Part shown: positions 63,672 to 64,000 of the stretch, in pieces
Layout of the letters: every line of letters begins with the position of its first letter
Numbering within the stretch: position 1 is the first letter of the stretch
Assembly (NCBI GenBank): GCA_028866015.1
Contig: JAGWIW010000006.1
Location: 11,288-75,287, forward strand
Direction of reading: 5' to 3'
DNA: 64,000 bases
From: Betaproteobacteria bacterium
Lineage (GTDB): Bacteria; Pseudomonadota; Gammaproteobacteria; Burkholderiales; Ferrovaceae
The notes under the pieces: model-generated
Database searches by the model: none
The model's input: the letters and a program-made list of their open reading frames with translations, nothing else
Told to the model about the DNA's origin: nothing
Program-made: the position numbers and the translations under genes

Positions 63672-64000
63672 ACATGAAGACGTTTGTGGGTGCAAATTCT
63701 CGCGAGGCGCTGCGCCAGGTGCGAGCCGAGCTGGGCGAAGATGCCGTGATTCTGTCCAACAGGAAAGTGGGCGACCAGGTGGAAATCGTCGCCGCCCACC
63801 ACAGCATGCTCAAGGGCCTGGAGCAGCAGAAACAGGGAGGGCAGCATTCCCATGGCCTGCTGAGTGAAATCCGGGCATTGCACGAGCATTTGCTGAACCA
63901 GCTGTCGATGTTGTCGAAGCCCGGTGCGGCAAGCCAGGATGGACATAAATCCCGCGTGCTGCGCAGCCTGCTGAAAGCGGGATTCGGGCAATCGCTGGCG
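63668..64000 (+). CDS. flhF: flagellar biosynthesis regulator FlhF (N-terminal part; runs off the window)
   Basis: Absent from the track because it is open to the window end. The ATG at 63668 overlaps the flhA stop (ATGA). My translation gives MNMKTFVGANSREALRQVRAELGEDAVILSNRKV, a typical FlhF N-terminus. Confidence 0.8.
   Translation, partial: MNMKTFVGANSREALRQVRAELGEDAVILSNRKVGDQVEIVAAHHSMLKGLEQQKQGGQHSHGLLSEIRALHEHLLNQLSMLSKPGAASQDGHKSRVLRSLLKAGFGQSLA

Overview
This is a 64 kb stretch of high-GC chromosomal DNA whose gene order looks Betaproteobacteria-like; that taxon call is inferred from synteny and protein motifs, not from any search. About 58 protein genes are densely packed, and almost all are core or housekeeping. 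From left to right the window holds: gltB (partial), aroB-aroK, mrcA, the hemB / engB-hemL-thiE-thiD strand, rubredoxin, uppP, thiC, dctA, an LPS-core block (waaC-waaA-greB, an epimerase, a GT2 glycosyltransferase, msbA), a cobalamin-riboswitch-controlled TonB-dependent receptor, a TIGR02449-type gene with zapA, 6S RNA and an EVE-domain gene, purC-pyk-pgk-gap facing a divergent CbbR-like regulator, rsmE-argA-yggX, phoU, rpiA, ilvA, an aldehyde dehydrogenase, and an exbB-exbD-tonB operon carrying a purple-acid-phosphatase-type metallophosphoesterase, followed by a TonB-dependent receptor, a porin and a ChaN-like protein. The right end is a flagellar/chemotaxis block: cheA-cheZ-cheY-cheV-cheV-motB-motA-flhC-flhD on the minus strand and cheR-flhB-flhA-flhF on the plus strand. 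I saw no tRNA or rRNA genes, CRISPR arrays, IS elements, integrases or prophage genes, and no defence-island-like accessory cluster. The window reads as an ordinary core region, so the findings are mostly regulatory or architectural. The main ones are: three sigma-28 promoters, including a perfect consensus with phased T8 tracts in front of the flhDC master operon; an orphan plus-strand terminator that closes a compact four-hairpin candidate sRNA with an anti-Shine-Dalgarno loop; thiamine genes without a recognisable TPP riboswitch; a TonB operon fused to a secreted PAP-type phosphoesterase; and a CheW-less operon with two cheV genes. The many long ORFs in the track that lie antisense to real genes are high-GC shadow frames. 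Several track ORFs also carry spurious N-terminal extensions, which I trimmed by eye. All coordinates of RNA elements and promoters are hand-derived and approximate.
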